Part shown: one piece after another, positions 37,716-47,372 of the stretch
How positions within the stretch are numbered: position 1 is the first letter of the stretch
Layout of the letters: each line of letters starts with the position of its first letter
DNA from: Desulfosudaceae bacterium
GTDB lineage: Bacteria > Desulfobacterota > Desulfobacteria > Desulfobacterales > Desulfosudaceae
NCBI GenBank assembly: GCA_963674745.2
Contig: CAXXDV010000001.1
Location: 1,824,001 to 1,888,000 of the forward strand
Direction of reading: 5' to 3'
DNA length: 64,000 nt
Position numbers and translations under genes: made by a program
The notes under the pieces: generated by a model
Told to the model about the DNA's origin: nothing
Seen by the model: the letters and a program-made list of their open reading frames with translations, nothing else
Database searches by the model: none

Positions 37716-38885
37716 ATGATGCCGCAAGAAAAATCTGCCAAATTAATAAAAACCGATCTGACTGTGGTCCCGGAAGATATCCCCGACGAAATAACAGAAT
37801 TGGACCGACAGCGTTTTTTTAAAGTCATTGCCACGAACCTTACGCCGGAACAAGAGGCCTTTATTCGGACACCGGAGAACGTATTTACCGATCAGCAGGA
37901 TGTCCTGGCGGTTCACTGGCACCCGGAATTTATTCCCTTACCCCTGGTTCAGGAACGCATTGAAGCCATGTATCCCGGCAAGACCAACGAACTGATTATT
38001 CCTACCCAGCATAATATCCTGCTCGAGTACGGTAGCTTTTCCGGGGTGGAAGTGGATTGTTATTCCAGCGGTTTTAACCAGAAAGTACAGTTGTTGTTAC
38101 ATTTTCAGACAACCCGATTAAAAGAGGCCGATGTGTTAAAGGAAATGCTCGGCCATACATACAGATACAGAGCAGGTCAGTTGTTCGACTTCATCCATAC
38201 AATTATCAAACCCGATGAGGATCGCTTGAACGAGGCTGCCCGGGAAACCGGCGTCAACGAAGCGCTGATCCGGTTTGTCCAGGTACATGTTGATAAAATT
38301 TATCGCCTGCTTCAAGAAAATGAAACATCCATAAATCCGCAGATGATCAGAAATAAACTGCTGGCGAATTTCTTTGATGAGTTGCGCGATACCTACGCTG
38401 ATTCTCTGATCAATCGCGTTCAGACGTTTTTAAGGGCCGTAAAACAAGTCGTGAAAGCAAATTTTTCTCTGGAATATTTTTACCGTACATCGGAAATAAT
38501 TGAAGAGGCCCGAAGTCTTGGTGCCGGAATTGTAATTCCCCATCCGGAACAGTTCTGGCCGGTTTTGCTGGCAGACTACGATGTAGATGGATATGAAGTA
38601 TGGAACCCGCAATCAAAACGCTATACGAAATTTCTGGTTTCGGTGTTAAGGGAAAAAAACAAGACGATAGGTATGTCCAAAAGGCGTTTGCTGATTTTTA
38701 TGGGAGACGATACCCATCTGGGCGAAAAGCTCAAATCGCCGGAAAAACAGAATCTGGAAAAAGCCGCCAGAGAAATCGGATTCCAGCCTGCCTGGGGAGA
38801 TCTCAATATACAAAAAGGATTGATCCTGGCTGATATGGACAGAAAAAGCGTTATCCAGGAGTACCGAAATCGTTTGACGGGATAA
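37716..38885 (+). CDS. PHP-like metallophosphoesterase-fold hypothetical protein
   Basis: VHWHP (HxH), GVEVD, IPHP, DGYEVWN and MGDDTH (GxDxH) occur in PHP-family order. Confidence 0.6.
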   Translation: MMPQEKSAKLIKTDLTVVPEDIPDEITELDRQRFFKVIATNLTPEQEAFIRTPENVFTDQQDVLAVHWHPEFIPLPLVQERIEAMYPGKTNELIIPTQHNILLEYGSFSGVEVDCYSSGFNQKVQLLLHFQTTRLKEADVLKEMLGHTYRYRAGQLFDFIHTIIKPDEDRLNEAARETGVNEALIRFVQVHVDKIYRLLQENETSINPQMIRNKLLANFFDELRDTYADSLINRVQTFLRAVKQVVKANFSLEYFYRTSEIIEEARSLGAGIVIPHPEQFWPVLLADYDVDGYEVWNPQSKRYTKFLVSVLREKNKTIGMSKRRLLIFMGDDTHLGEKLKSPEKQNLEKAAREIGFQPAWGDLNIQKGLILADMDRKSVIQEYRNRLTG

Positions 38886-38906
38886 TTACTAATAAGAGGA
38901 AAAGAA

Positions 38907-39194
38907 ATGGCTAAAGAAGATTATTTTGAACACGAATCATATCAGGACAGGGAAACGATCAAGCACTACCTGGCATCACTGTTAAATGGATTTGAGTCGG
39001 GAAAAATCGTTATGAATTCTGAAAAAGACAACATTGAAATGAATGTCAATTCCCTGATTAAATTCCGTGTTTCGGCCAGAAAAAAAGGCGACAGGAATAA
39101 GGTTGAACTGGCCATTTCCTGGCGGGACGGCAAACAGAAAATTTCCCAGGAAAAGATTTTCATTGGCTCCCAGCCAAATAATCCGGAGGCTTAA
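38907..39194 (+). CDS. Amphi-Trp domain protein
   Basis: FEHESYQDRETIKHYLASLLNGFESGKI...KVELAISW: amphipathic helix plus C-terminal Trp. Confidence 0.85.
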   Translation: MAKEDYFEHESYQDRETIKHYLASLLNGFESGKIVMNSEKDNIEMNVNSLIKFRVSARKKGDRNKVELAISWRDGKQKISQEKIFIGSQPNNPEA

Positions 39195-40837
39195 TGCCGG
39201 TTTATACATCGATTCTGGAAAACTTCAAACTTGTGATCGCTGAAGTGCTTGGCCAGGTTCAGTTGACCCGTCAATTACTGCAGGATTCAGCTGAACAAAA
39301 GCGTTTATTGTTTCAGATATCCTCAAAAGATGACTATATTGATAATTTAAAAACCACTATTGAAGATGAATGTTTCTCCAGCATCTGCCATATTGATCCG
39401 GAAAACGTCCAGGCTGTAAATAACAGCCGGGCCATTCATATCATATGTCTTAATCTTGAACGCATCGCCGACTTTTGTGTCAATATTGCCCGCCAGTCCG
39501 AATACCTCAAGGACAAATCATTTATTCAACATTATGATTATTCCGACATGTTCGAGGAGATTGAAAAGAGTATTTCCCACATTCTCCCCGTTTTCCAAAA
39601 AAAAGACCTTATCGGCGCGCTGGAGATATGTAAAACCGAACTGTCGATTGATAGAATGTACAAAACCAATTTTGACTACATCATGACCGCTCTTCGCAAT
39701 ACGATTGAAGTCGAAGATTCGGTTACCACGATTTTTATTTTTCGGTATATTGAACGCATCGGTGATGCCCTGTTAAATATCGGTGAAGCCGTTATTTTTT
39801 CAATCATTGGTGAACGCATCAAAATCCGACAGTTTGTCGCGCTGGAAAAAACATTGCATGACTCGGGCTTTGATGGCACGCTGACCGACATCGAATTCCG
39901 CGCCATCAAGGGCTCCCGCTCAGGCTGTCAGATCGGAAGAATTTCTTCCGATCATTATACGCCCACCAAAGCCCAGGGGATATTCAAAGAAGGTGCAATA
40001 CAAAAGATCAACAAGGAAAAGAAGAATATCGAACAATGGAATTCCATCTATCCGGGTATTGCTCCAAGGGTTTATGGGTACTATGAAAAGTCCGACACGG
40101 CCTCGCTCTTCATGGAGCTCTTCCCCGGCTGCACCTTTGATGAAATTATTCTTAATGCCGATGAAGAAATCGTTCATAACGCCTCTTATATCCTGGAAAA
40201 TATTCTGTTAAGCGTATTCGAAAAAACACGGAAAGAAAGCGGCAAAAAACCGGATTTTATGCGCCAGTTGAGCAGCCGGTTAGCCGACATAAAGAAAGTT
40301 CATCCCCACCTGTATCGCTCCGAGCAACACCTTGACGGTTTCAAGGTGGTTTCTTCAAATGAGCTTCTTGATCGTTGCAGGGAAAAAGAACAGACCCTCA
40401 GGCGACCGTTTGATGTTTTTATCCATGGAGACTTTAATACCAACAACATCATTTATGATCACAGTAACCAGGAAGTCCATTTTATCGACACGCATCGTTC
40501 AGACTGGGGAGATTATGTCCAGGACGCGTCCGTGTTTCTGATTTCAAATTTCAGGTTGCCTTTTTTTGAAGACCGTCAACGTCAACGGCTGAATGAGACC
40601 ATAGAGAATTTCTATCATTTTTATCAGCAACTGGCCGAGACCATGGATGATAAAGACTTTGAGTATCGGATGGCCTTTGCCCTTGCCAGATCATTTTATA
40701 CATCCACGCGATTTGAACTCAATGATGAATTTGCCCAGAACATGATATTACGGTCCCATTTCCTGATGGAAAAAATTATTCAACACAATGACGCCCCGGC
40801 TTCTTTTCGATTGCCGGAAGATATCCTTTATTATTGA
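39194..40837 (+). CDS. PhoU-domain / aminoglycoside-phosphotransferase-like kinase fusion
   Basis: N-terminal PhoU repeats (DDYIDNLK, LERIADFCVNI, IERIGDALLNIGE); C-terminal kinase (IFKEG, HGDFNTNNI, FIDTHRS). Confidence 0.85.
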   Translation: MPVYTSILENFKLVIAEVLGQVQLTRQLLQDSAEQKRLLFQISSKDDYIDNLKTTIEDECFSSICHIDPENVQAVNNSRAIHIICLNLERIADFCVNIARQSEYLKDKSFIQHYDYSDMFEEIEKSISHILPVFQKKDLIGALEICKTELSIDRMYKTNFDYIMTALRNTIEVEDSVTTIFIFRYIERIGDALLNIGEAVIFSIIGERIKIRQFVALEKTLHDSGFDGTLTDIEFRAIKGSRSGCQIGRISSDHYTPTKAQGIFKEGAIQKINKEKKNIEQWNSIYPGIAPRVYGYYEKSDTASLFMELFPGCTFDEIILNADEEIVHNASYILENILLSVFEKTRKESGKKPDFMRQLSSRLADIKKVHPHLYRSEQHLDGFKVVSSNELLDRCREKEQTLRRPFDVFIHGDFNTNNIIYDHSNQEVHFIDTHRSDWGDYVQDASVFLISNFRLPFFEDRQRQRLNETIENFYHFYQQLAETMDDKDFEYRMAFALARSFYTSTRFELNDEFAQNMILRSHFLMEKIIQHNDAPASFRLPEDILYY

Positions 40838-40863
40838 TTCACGCTGTAACGTGAGGACTTGAA

Positions 40864-41745
40864 ATGAAAATTGGAGTGGTTGGCGTACCGGGCGGATGGT
40901 CCTCGGAAAAACTGGCTGACATGGTTTACGAAATGACCGGTTATCGACTGTTGATTGATATGAGCAAAACGGCCTTCAACCTGTCTGATTTATCATGCTG
41001 GTATGAAAACATAGATCTGTTAAAGCTCGATGCCCTGATCGTAAAAAAAATCGGCGCCCGATATTCTCCAGATCTGCTGGACCGGCTGGAGATGCTCCGC
41101 TTTATGGCGAATCAGGGCCTGCCGATATTTTCTCAGCCGGAAAATATGATGCGTGTAATCGACAGGCTGAGTTGCACGGTAACCATGCAACTGGCAGGCA
41201 TCCCCATGCCGGAAACAACCATCACCGAAGACATGGATCTGGCTTTGGAGACCGTAAAGGCCTATGAACGGGCCGTATTCAAGCCGCTATACAGTTCTAA
41301 GGCACGAGGAATGATGCTTATTGATTCTTCTTCTGACCCCAGGGGCGAGATCGAAGAATTTAAAGCCGATAATCCTATCATGTACATCCAGAAACAGATC
41401 GATCATAACGGTCGTGACCTGGGCATCGCTTTTCTTGGCGGAAAATACCTGACCACCTATGCCCGTTGCGCCAACGGTGATTCCTGGAATACTACCATTC
41501 GATCCGGTGGCGGTTATGCTGCTTATGAACCGGGGCCGGACATTTTGCAACTGGCGCATCGTGCCCAGAGCCTGTTTAACCTTGACTTTACGTGTGTGGA
41601 TGTGGCGGAAACCGATAATGGACCAATGGTATTCGAGGTGTCCGCCTTCGGGGGGTTTAAGGGGATTCATGCCGCTTCGGGGATGGATGCGGCCAGACTG
41701 TACGTTGAGTATGTATTAAAACAGTTAAACAAGGTGAAAGATTAG
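40864..41745 (+). CDS. GAK system ATP-grasp enzyme (RimK-like)
   Basis: GGWSSE, VKKIGARYSP, IPMPET, VFKPLYSSKARGM, SWNTT, FTCVDV, FEVSAFGGF. Confidence 0.88.
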   Translation: MKIGVVGVPGGWSSEKLADMVYEMTGYRLLIDMSKTAFNLSDLSCWYENIDLLKLDALIVKKIGARYSPDLLDRLEMLRFMANQGLPIFSQPENMMRVIDRLSCTVTMQLAGIPMPETTITEDMDLALETVKAYERAVFKPLYSSKARGMMLIDSSSDPRGEIEEFKADNPIMYIQKQIDHNGRDLGIAFLGGKYLTTYARCANGDSWNTTIRSGGGYAAYEPGPDILQLAHRAQSLFNLDFTCVDVAETDNGPMVFEVSAFGGFKGIHAASGMDAARLYVEYVLKQLNKVKD

Positions 41746-41749
41746 GCCG

Positions 41750-42829
41750 ATGAATGTTGGCGAGGCGATTGATCATTACCGGATTTTTGACCGCTATCCT
41801 GTAGAACCCCATTTGTTTGTACGCTTTGGTAATTGCCTGATAAAAATTCTTGCAAACAACAAGACGGTTGTTGATGAACTGACATCATACTTTCAGGAAT
41901 TTGTCGTTTCATCCGGTTTGGCGGATATCACGATTTCCGTCCACGAGGCCCCTGAATTCGTCACAATGGAGAACTTTATTGTCAAACAGCCTGATCCCGG
42001 AAAAACAAAGATTAAAGAAGAATACGTTGACCTTGATGACGGCCGAATCGTTCACAAACGGCTGACCGGGATGATTTTTATTTTTGGCCGGGGTAACCAT
42101 ATCGCCATCGGTCCTTGCCTTGGAAATTTAAATCAGGTCGTCAATTTCATCAATAACCGTTATATTGAATGGCTGCTTTGCCGGGGATGCCTTCTCGGCC
42201 ACGCTGCTGCCGTGGCATGGCGGAATAAAGGCCTGGCCCTGTCCGGATTTTCAGGGGCGGGCAAATCGACACTGGCGCTTCGGTTGATGGAGAAGGGGTT
42301 GAACTTCATCAGTAATGACAGGCTGATGGTTGAAAATACGGAAGAGGGGATGACCCTGCACGGCGTTGCCAAGCTGCCGCGTATTAACCCGGGAACAGCA
42401 CTTAATAGTGAATCATTAGCCCACCTGGTTCCGGAAGATGACAAAAAAAGGTTCGCCGCGCTTCCCTTGAAAGAACTCTGGCAGGTTGAAAACAAGTATG
42501 ACGTGCCCATTGATACGTGTTACGGTCCGAAGCGTTTCATCCTGGACGCAAAAATGATCGGCCTGGTGGTTTTAGACTGGAAACCCCAAAATGGAAAGCT
42601 GATCGTGGAAAGGATAACTGATGGTGACAGAAGAAAGGCACTGCTGGCGGCTTTTATCAAAGAGACCGGGCTGTTCTTTCTTCCTGCCGGTGATTGCCGT
42701 ATGCCTGTGCCGACCGTCGATAATTACCAGCAGTTGCTTGCGGATGTTGATATGTGGGCGTTTACCGGAGGGGCAGACTTTGATAAAGCGGCAGATACCT
42801 GTCTGTCGTTTCTGCTGAAAAACGATTAA
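41750..42829 (+). CDS. HprK-related kinase B (GAK system)
   Basis: KIKEEY, NQVVNFIN, HAAAV, GFSGAGKST (P-loop), SNDRL, KLPRINPGT. Confidence 0.88.
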   Translation: MNVGEAIDHYRIFDRYPVEPHLFVRFGNCLIKILANNKTVVDELTSYFQEFVVSSGLADITISVHEAPEFVTMENFIVKQPDPGKTKIKEEYVDLDDGRIVHKRLTGMIFIFGRGNHIAIGPCLGNLNQVVNFINNRYIEWLLCRGCLLGHAAAVAWRNKGLALSGFSGAGKSTLALRLMEKGLNFISNDRLMVENTEEGMTLHGVAKLPRINPGTALNSESLAHLVPEDDKKRFAALPLKELWQVENKYDVPIDTCYGPKRFILDAKMIGLVVLDWKPQNGKLIVERITDGDRRKALLAAFIKETGLFFLPAGDCRMPVPTVDNYQQLLADVDMWAFTGGADFDKAADTCLSFLLKND

Positions 42830-42841
42830 ACGGACATTCAT

Positions 42842-44032
42842 ATGCAGCTAAAACTGACCAGAACCGTAAACATCCCGGATCCGATCCAGGTTGCCCGTTG
42901 CGTCCATTATCCCGAACTGGGGCCCAAAATACTTTTTTTCAGTGGCGGCAGCTCTTTACGGTTATTAAGCCGGGAAATAATCAAATACACACACAACTCC
43001 ATTCATATCATTACCACGTTTGATTCCGGGGGGAGTTCGGCCATACTGCGCAAGGCGTTCAAGATGCCCGCTATCGGTGATATCCGTAACCGCCTGATGG
43101 CACTGGCTGACAGAACATTACATGGTAACCCGGAAATTTTTGATCTGTTTGCGTACCGTTTTCCCGGGGATGCGGACAATGCCGAATTGCACAATAAGCT
43201 GGAACTGATGATCCAGGGGAAAGACAAACTGATTGCCAGTATACCCGACCCGATGCGAAAAATTATACGCAATCATTTGCGTCATTTTAAAACACATATG
43301 CCGGCAAATTTTGATCTTTGTAACGCCAGTATCGGAAACCTTGTCCTGACCGGCGGATACATGAACAATCAACGACATATTGATCCGGTTATTTTTGTTT
43401 TTTCAAAGCTGGTCCAGGTCAGGGGAACCGTCCGGCCGGTACTGAACCAGAATCTGCACCTCATCGCCACCTTGCAAAACAGAACGGTCGTAAAAGAACA
43501 GCATAATTTGACCGGAAAGGAAGTGTTGCCGATCAAGTCCCCTGTCAAAAATCTGTATTTAAGCAAGCATCTGAAAAGGCCCAGACCGGTTGCTGCTTCG
43601 GTGCGCAATAAAACAAAAAAACTCATCGCCGACGCGGAGTTAATCTGTTACCCCATGGGCAGTTTCTATTCCAGTCTTATTGCCACCCTGCTGCCGAATG
43701 GGGTGGGGCAGGCGGTTAAAGACAATCCCTGCCCCAAATTGTTTATCCCTAATACCTGCCCGGATCCGGAATTGTATGGAATTTCAATAAATGATCAGGT
43801 GGACATACTGTTGAATTATCTGAAGAAAGACGTGCCGGAAACAACCAGGCCCAAGAATTTTCTGGATATCATTATTATTGATAAGAAAAACGGTCATTAT
43901 AATGGCACACTGAATCGCGGGGCAATGAGGAAGAAAGGAATAACGGTTATTGACAGCAGACTTATTACGCCGGAGAGCGCGCCGTTCGTTGATGAAAAAC
44001 TGTTGATACCGTTATTGTTGACATTAGCCTGA
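42842..44032 (+). CDS. GAK system CofD/YvcK-like protein
   Basis: LFFSGGS, TTFDSGGSS, GDIRNRL, ASIGNLVL, YPMGSFYSS. Confidence 0.88.
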   Translation: MQLKLTRTVNIPDPIQVARCVHYPELGPKILFFSGGSSLRLLSREIIKYTHNSIHIITTFDSGGSSAILRKAFKMPAIGDIRNRLMALADRTLHGNPEIFDLFAYRFPGDADNAELHNKLELMIQGKDKLIASIPDPMRKIIRNHLRHFKTHMPANFDLCNASIGNLVLTGGYMNNQRHIDPVIFVFSKLVQVRGTVRPVLNQNLHLIATLQNRTVVKEQHNLTGKEVLPIKSPVKNLYLSKHLKRPRPVAASVRNKTKKLIADAELICYPMGSFYSSLIATLLPNGVGQAVKDNPCPKLFIPNTCPDPELYGISINDQVDILLNYLKKDVPETTRPKNFLDIIIIDKKNGHYNGTLNRGAMRKKGITVIDSRLITPESAPFVDEKLLIPLLLTLA

Positions 44033-44090
44033 TCCGGATATTTCAAGAACTATCCGGGCTAACACGTAAACCAAAACAGGAGAACATGTC

Positions 44091-44528
44091 GTGAATGAAA
44101 AAAAGAAAGCCATGAAAACAGCGGCAGAAAAAAGGCCACCAGGAAAAAAAGGAATAAGCGCCGCTAAAACAGTCAGTATCAAGGATGCATCGAACTACCT
44201 GGAAGAAGTGGCGATGTGTTTAAAAAAGGGCAAGCTGGTTGTAACCCAGGGGGATGAGTGCTGCGCCCTGGCGCTGCCTGACGCCAAAACCTTAAAACTC
44301 AAAATTGATGTAAAACAGAAGAAGGACAAGACAAAGGTCGAGATTGGCATGACCTGGCAGCATCTCACCGAATCGATTGAAAAAAATGACCTGAAAATTT
44401 CAATAACCGAGCCTGTAAAGATGCCGCCTCCGGCCAAGCCAGCCGTTGCAGCGGCGTCAGCAAAAAAATCACCGGCCCGGAAATCTGCTGCGCGTGCCGG
44501 GAAAAAAGCGCCGGCCCCAAAAAAGTAA
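44091..44528 (+). CDS. Amphi-Trp domain protein with Lys/Ala/Pro-rich basic tail
   Basis: GTG start behind AGGAG. ASNYLEEVAMCLKKGKL...KVEIGMTW; tail PPPAKPAVAAASAKKSPARKSAARAGKKAPAPKK. Confidence 0.8.
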   Translation: MNEKKKAMKTAAEKRPPGKKGISAAKTVSIKDASNYLEEVAMCLKKGKLVVTQGDECCALALPDAKTLKLKIDVKQKKDKTKVEIGMTWQHLTESIEKNDLKISITEPVKMPPPAKPAVAAASAKKSPARKSAARAGKKAPAPKK

Positions 44529-44559
44529 GATTAGAGAATGGTCGTTTTGGCGCTGGCGA

Positions 44560-46257
44560 TTAAATTTTAAACCGCGTCAACCCTGAGCGCAGTTTTTCTG
44601 AAATGCTGTATAGCTCATTGGCCTTCAATTCGACAGAAATACTCTCATCGTTGATCTTTCCGGATGATCCGGCAATTCTTTCGACTTCACTGTCGATTTG
44701 TTCCAGGGCCAGGCTGCTGTTGGCCACGCTATGGGTGAGGTTTTGCATGCCCGAAGAGATCTGAGACATACCGGACAGGATCTCTGATGAAATCATGGCC
44801 TGCTTTTCAGATGTTTCCGCAATATGGGAAATGATCGGATCGATGGATTCGATGCTCCGGATGATTTCATTGATACGTTCGACAGTATTGGCGCTGACTT
44901 TCTGGATATCGAAGACCCGCTCACTGATAATGCCGGCGGCTTCATTTGATTTTCCCGCCAGGCTTTTAATTTCATGGGCCACCACACCGAAACCCATTCC
45001 CAGCTGTCCGGCCCTGGCTGCCTCGATGGTCGCATTCAATGCGAGCAGATTGGTCTGCTCGGAAATTTCGGTTATCATTTCGGTAATGCTGTTGATTTCA
45101 TCCGCAGCTTTTCCAAGTGTTTTGATGGTTTTTGAAATAGTCTCAGAGTGGTTGACTGCCGATTTGGTAATGGTGAGCGCTCTTTCCGTCTCTTTGGCAA
45201 TGTGACTGATACCGGCATTCATTTCTGACGAAACTTCATTGATCCGGTTTATGCTGGCAAGCGATTGCTCCATTGAGGCCGCCACGACATGCACGGCGGT
45301 TTTGACTTTTTCCGTATTTTTTGCCACTTCCAGGGATTGTGTCCTGGTTTCACTGGTTTCCGAAGAAACCTTGGCCGAAGATGTCAGCAGGCTGGAAGAG
45401 GAGGCGTTTAAAACCTCGGCGTTGGTCAGAATATCCCGGATCATGGCCTGCTGGTTTTCAAGAAACTGATTAAAATTTTTAGATAACCGGCCCGTTTCAT
45501 CGCTGCCGTTAACCCGCAACCGTACGGTCAGGTCTCCTTTGCCCTGGGCGATCTGCTGAAACATTTGAGATGTCTTTTTGACAGGGGCGGCGATGCGGCG
45601 GGAAATATACAGGCCGATCAACGATGCCAGCAATAAAACAACCAGTGAAACCAGAACCGATTGAACGATCTGGTCGTTCAGCGCTTTTTTCATGGCTGTT
45701 TCTTTCTGGGCCACGATCATGTCAATGTCTGAAATATTAATGCTGGTGCATATGACCCACTGCCAGTCTTTGAAATATTTGAAATACATTAACTTTTTTA
45801 AGGGCGGCTGATTTTTGTCCGTTGTTTCCAAAAACTCCAGATACCCCTCGCCATTATCCCTGGCCGTGCTCAAGATATTCTGAAACAAAAAATTGCCGTC
45901 AGCGTCTTTGATATCTTTGATGAAACCACCTGCCAGTTCATTTCTGGCAGGATAGACATAACAGTAATAATCCTTGTCAAAAACGATAAAGCTGTTCTGA
46001 TGTTCCGAGCCGAATCGCATATCCTTCAGAACGTCAACCGCATCCGTGTAGAAGCTGGCGTTGGAGACAACCGAATAAGCGTTTGCCATAACATCCCTGA
46101 TCTGTGCTTTACGCTCTTTGGATAACAGCATCTTCAGGTTTTCCACGTTATGTTCATTGTTCTTTTCCAAAGAAATAATGTTTGATAAAATAGACACGGC
46201 GGAAATAAGTAAAACGGTGACAATGGTCAACAGGCTGATCTTTGATCCGATTTTCAT
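44560..46257 (-). CDS. Methyl-accepting chemotaxis protein with Cache sensor domain
   Basis: TM-Cache (KDADG, KLMYFKYFKDWQWVI)-TM-HAMP; ISEQTNLLALNATIEAARAG. Start reassigned to MKIGSK. Confidence 0.93.
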   Translation of the reverse strand: MKIGSKISLLTIVTVLLISAVSILSNIISLEKNNEHNVENLKMLLSKERKAQIRDVMANAYSVVSNASFYTDAVDVLKDMRFGSEHQNSFIVFDKDYYCYVYPARNELAGGFIKDIKDADGNFLFQNILSTARDNGEGYLEFLETTDKNQPPLKKLMYFKYFKDWQWVICTSINISDIDMIVAQKETAMKKALNDQIVQSVLVSLVVLLLASLIGLYISRRIAAPVKKTSQMFQQIAQGKGDLTVRLRVNGSDETGRLSKNFNQFLENQQAMIRDILTNAEVLNASSSSLLTSSAKVSSETSETRTQSLEVAKNTEKVKTAVHVVAASMEQSLASINRINEVSSEMNAGISHIAKETERALTITKSAVNHSETISKTIKTLGKAADEINSITEMITEISEQTNLLALNATIEAARAGQLGMGFGVVAHEIKSLAGKSNEAAGIISERVFDIQKVSANTVERINEIIRSIESIDPIISHIAETSEKQAMISSEILSGMSQISSGMQNLTHSVANSSLALEQIDSEVERIAGSSGKINDESISVELKANELYSISEKLRSGLTRFKI

Positions 46258-46395
46258 TATACATTCCTTCCTTTTCAAGAAACAAATCTGCCTAAAAACG
46301 AAATTCAACCTATCGGTATTTTTTTAGAATACAATTATCGGTTGATTAATTTTTTATTCGGATCCGTATTCGATTTGTTCATCCTGCTTGCCCGG

Positions 46396-46456
46396 CTAAC
46401 ACAAAAAACTTTCTTTCCTTACCAATTCTTCATTTTGACACGTTAAAACAATAACA
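46396..46456 (+). promoter_or_regulatory. Possible Pho-box-like hexamers in 11-bp phase
   Basis: CTAACA (46396), CTTACC (46418), TTCATT (46429), ATAACA (46451). Confidence 0.3.
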
Positions 46457-46498
46457 GATCAAAAACCGATTAACCTATTTTCAAGAAACAAGAGACGA

Positions 46499-47173
46499 AT
46501 GACAACGCGAAAAATATTGATCTTCTATTGTACGCTGGCGGCCTTTTTATTCTGTGGTTCTTTGGTGAACGGTTCCGAACCGGAACATTATCAGTATGAA
46601 AGTAAAATAGACGAGACCCGCCTTGCGGTTGACTGGAAGCTGGAAAAAAGAACTGAATATTCACTGACGTTTAGAACTGTTGAAGAACTATCGATTACCA
46701 TAATGAAGCCGGACGGTGAGACGGTTCGTTGGGAATATCAGCACTACGAAGATCAGACGAATATTATCGCCGAACGACAGGATAATTGTATCCATGTCCG
46801 GGGCACATTGAAAGGCAAGCCTATAAAACGCAATGAAGCGGTGGATGGTGCTCCCTGGTATCAGGCCCTGTCATTTTCATTAAGACCTTTTGTTATGTCC
46901 GAGTGTCAGAAATTAATGTTCTGGACGCTGCGTCCGGAAAAGATGACCGCTCACCGGTTAATTGCCGAAAAAAAAGGGACCGGGACGATTGCCGCAATGA
47001 ACGAAACGATCCCGGTTCAAGAGATAAAAATAACCCTCCCCGGTGCCCTATCGTCTTTCTGGAGCGGCGCCTACTGGCTTGATTCAGGAAACGGCCGCTT
47101 TATCAGATACAAGGGCGCTACCGGACCCCCGGGTAGCCCCGTACTCACAATTGATATTTGTCGTAAAATGTAG
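46499..47173 (+). CDS. Exported hypothetical protein (beta-rich)
   Basis: Sec-type signal peptide followed by alternating beta-strand patterns; no family recognised with confidence. Confidence 0.7.
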   Translation: MTTRKILIFYCTLAAFLFCGSLVNGSEPEHYQYESKIDETRLAVDWKLEKRTEYSLTFRTVEELSITIMKPDGETVRWEYQHYEDQTNIIAERQDNCIHVRGTLKGKPIKRNEAVDGAPWYQALSFSLRPFVMSECQKLMFWTLRPEKMTAHRLIAEKKGTGTIAAMNETIPVQEIKITLPGALSSFWSGAYWLDSGNGRFIRYKGATGPPGSPVLTIDICRKM

Positions 47174-47273
47174 CCGTATGCTTTAGCCCCCTTAATGATT
47201 GTTTCACCCAGCGGTATTTGTCGCTTGCCTTTGACCTTCTGTCTTTTGTTTTCTTAAGAGATACCCTTCAGTT

Positions 47274-47290
47274 TTAACACAAAAATAATC
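47274..47290 (+). promoter_or_regulatory. Putative Pho box upstream of the ligase-PSD-Lgt operon
   Basis: TTAACA-n5-ATAATC (11-bp period), followed by a CATAAT -10-like hexamer. Confidence 0.4.
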
Positions 47291-47372
47291 AGTCTCTCCG
47301 AAAATCATAATAAACAAAACAGACTATGCAGCCAGAAAAAGACGCATGTGAATTTAAAAAAGAAAGTAACTC

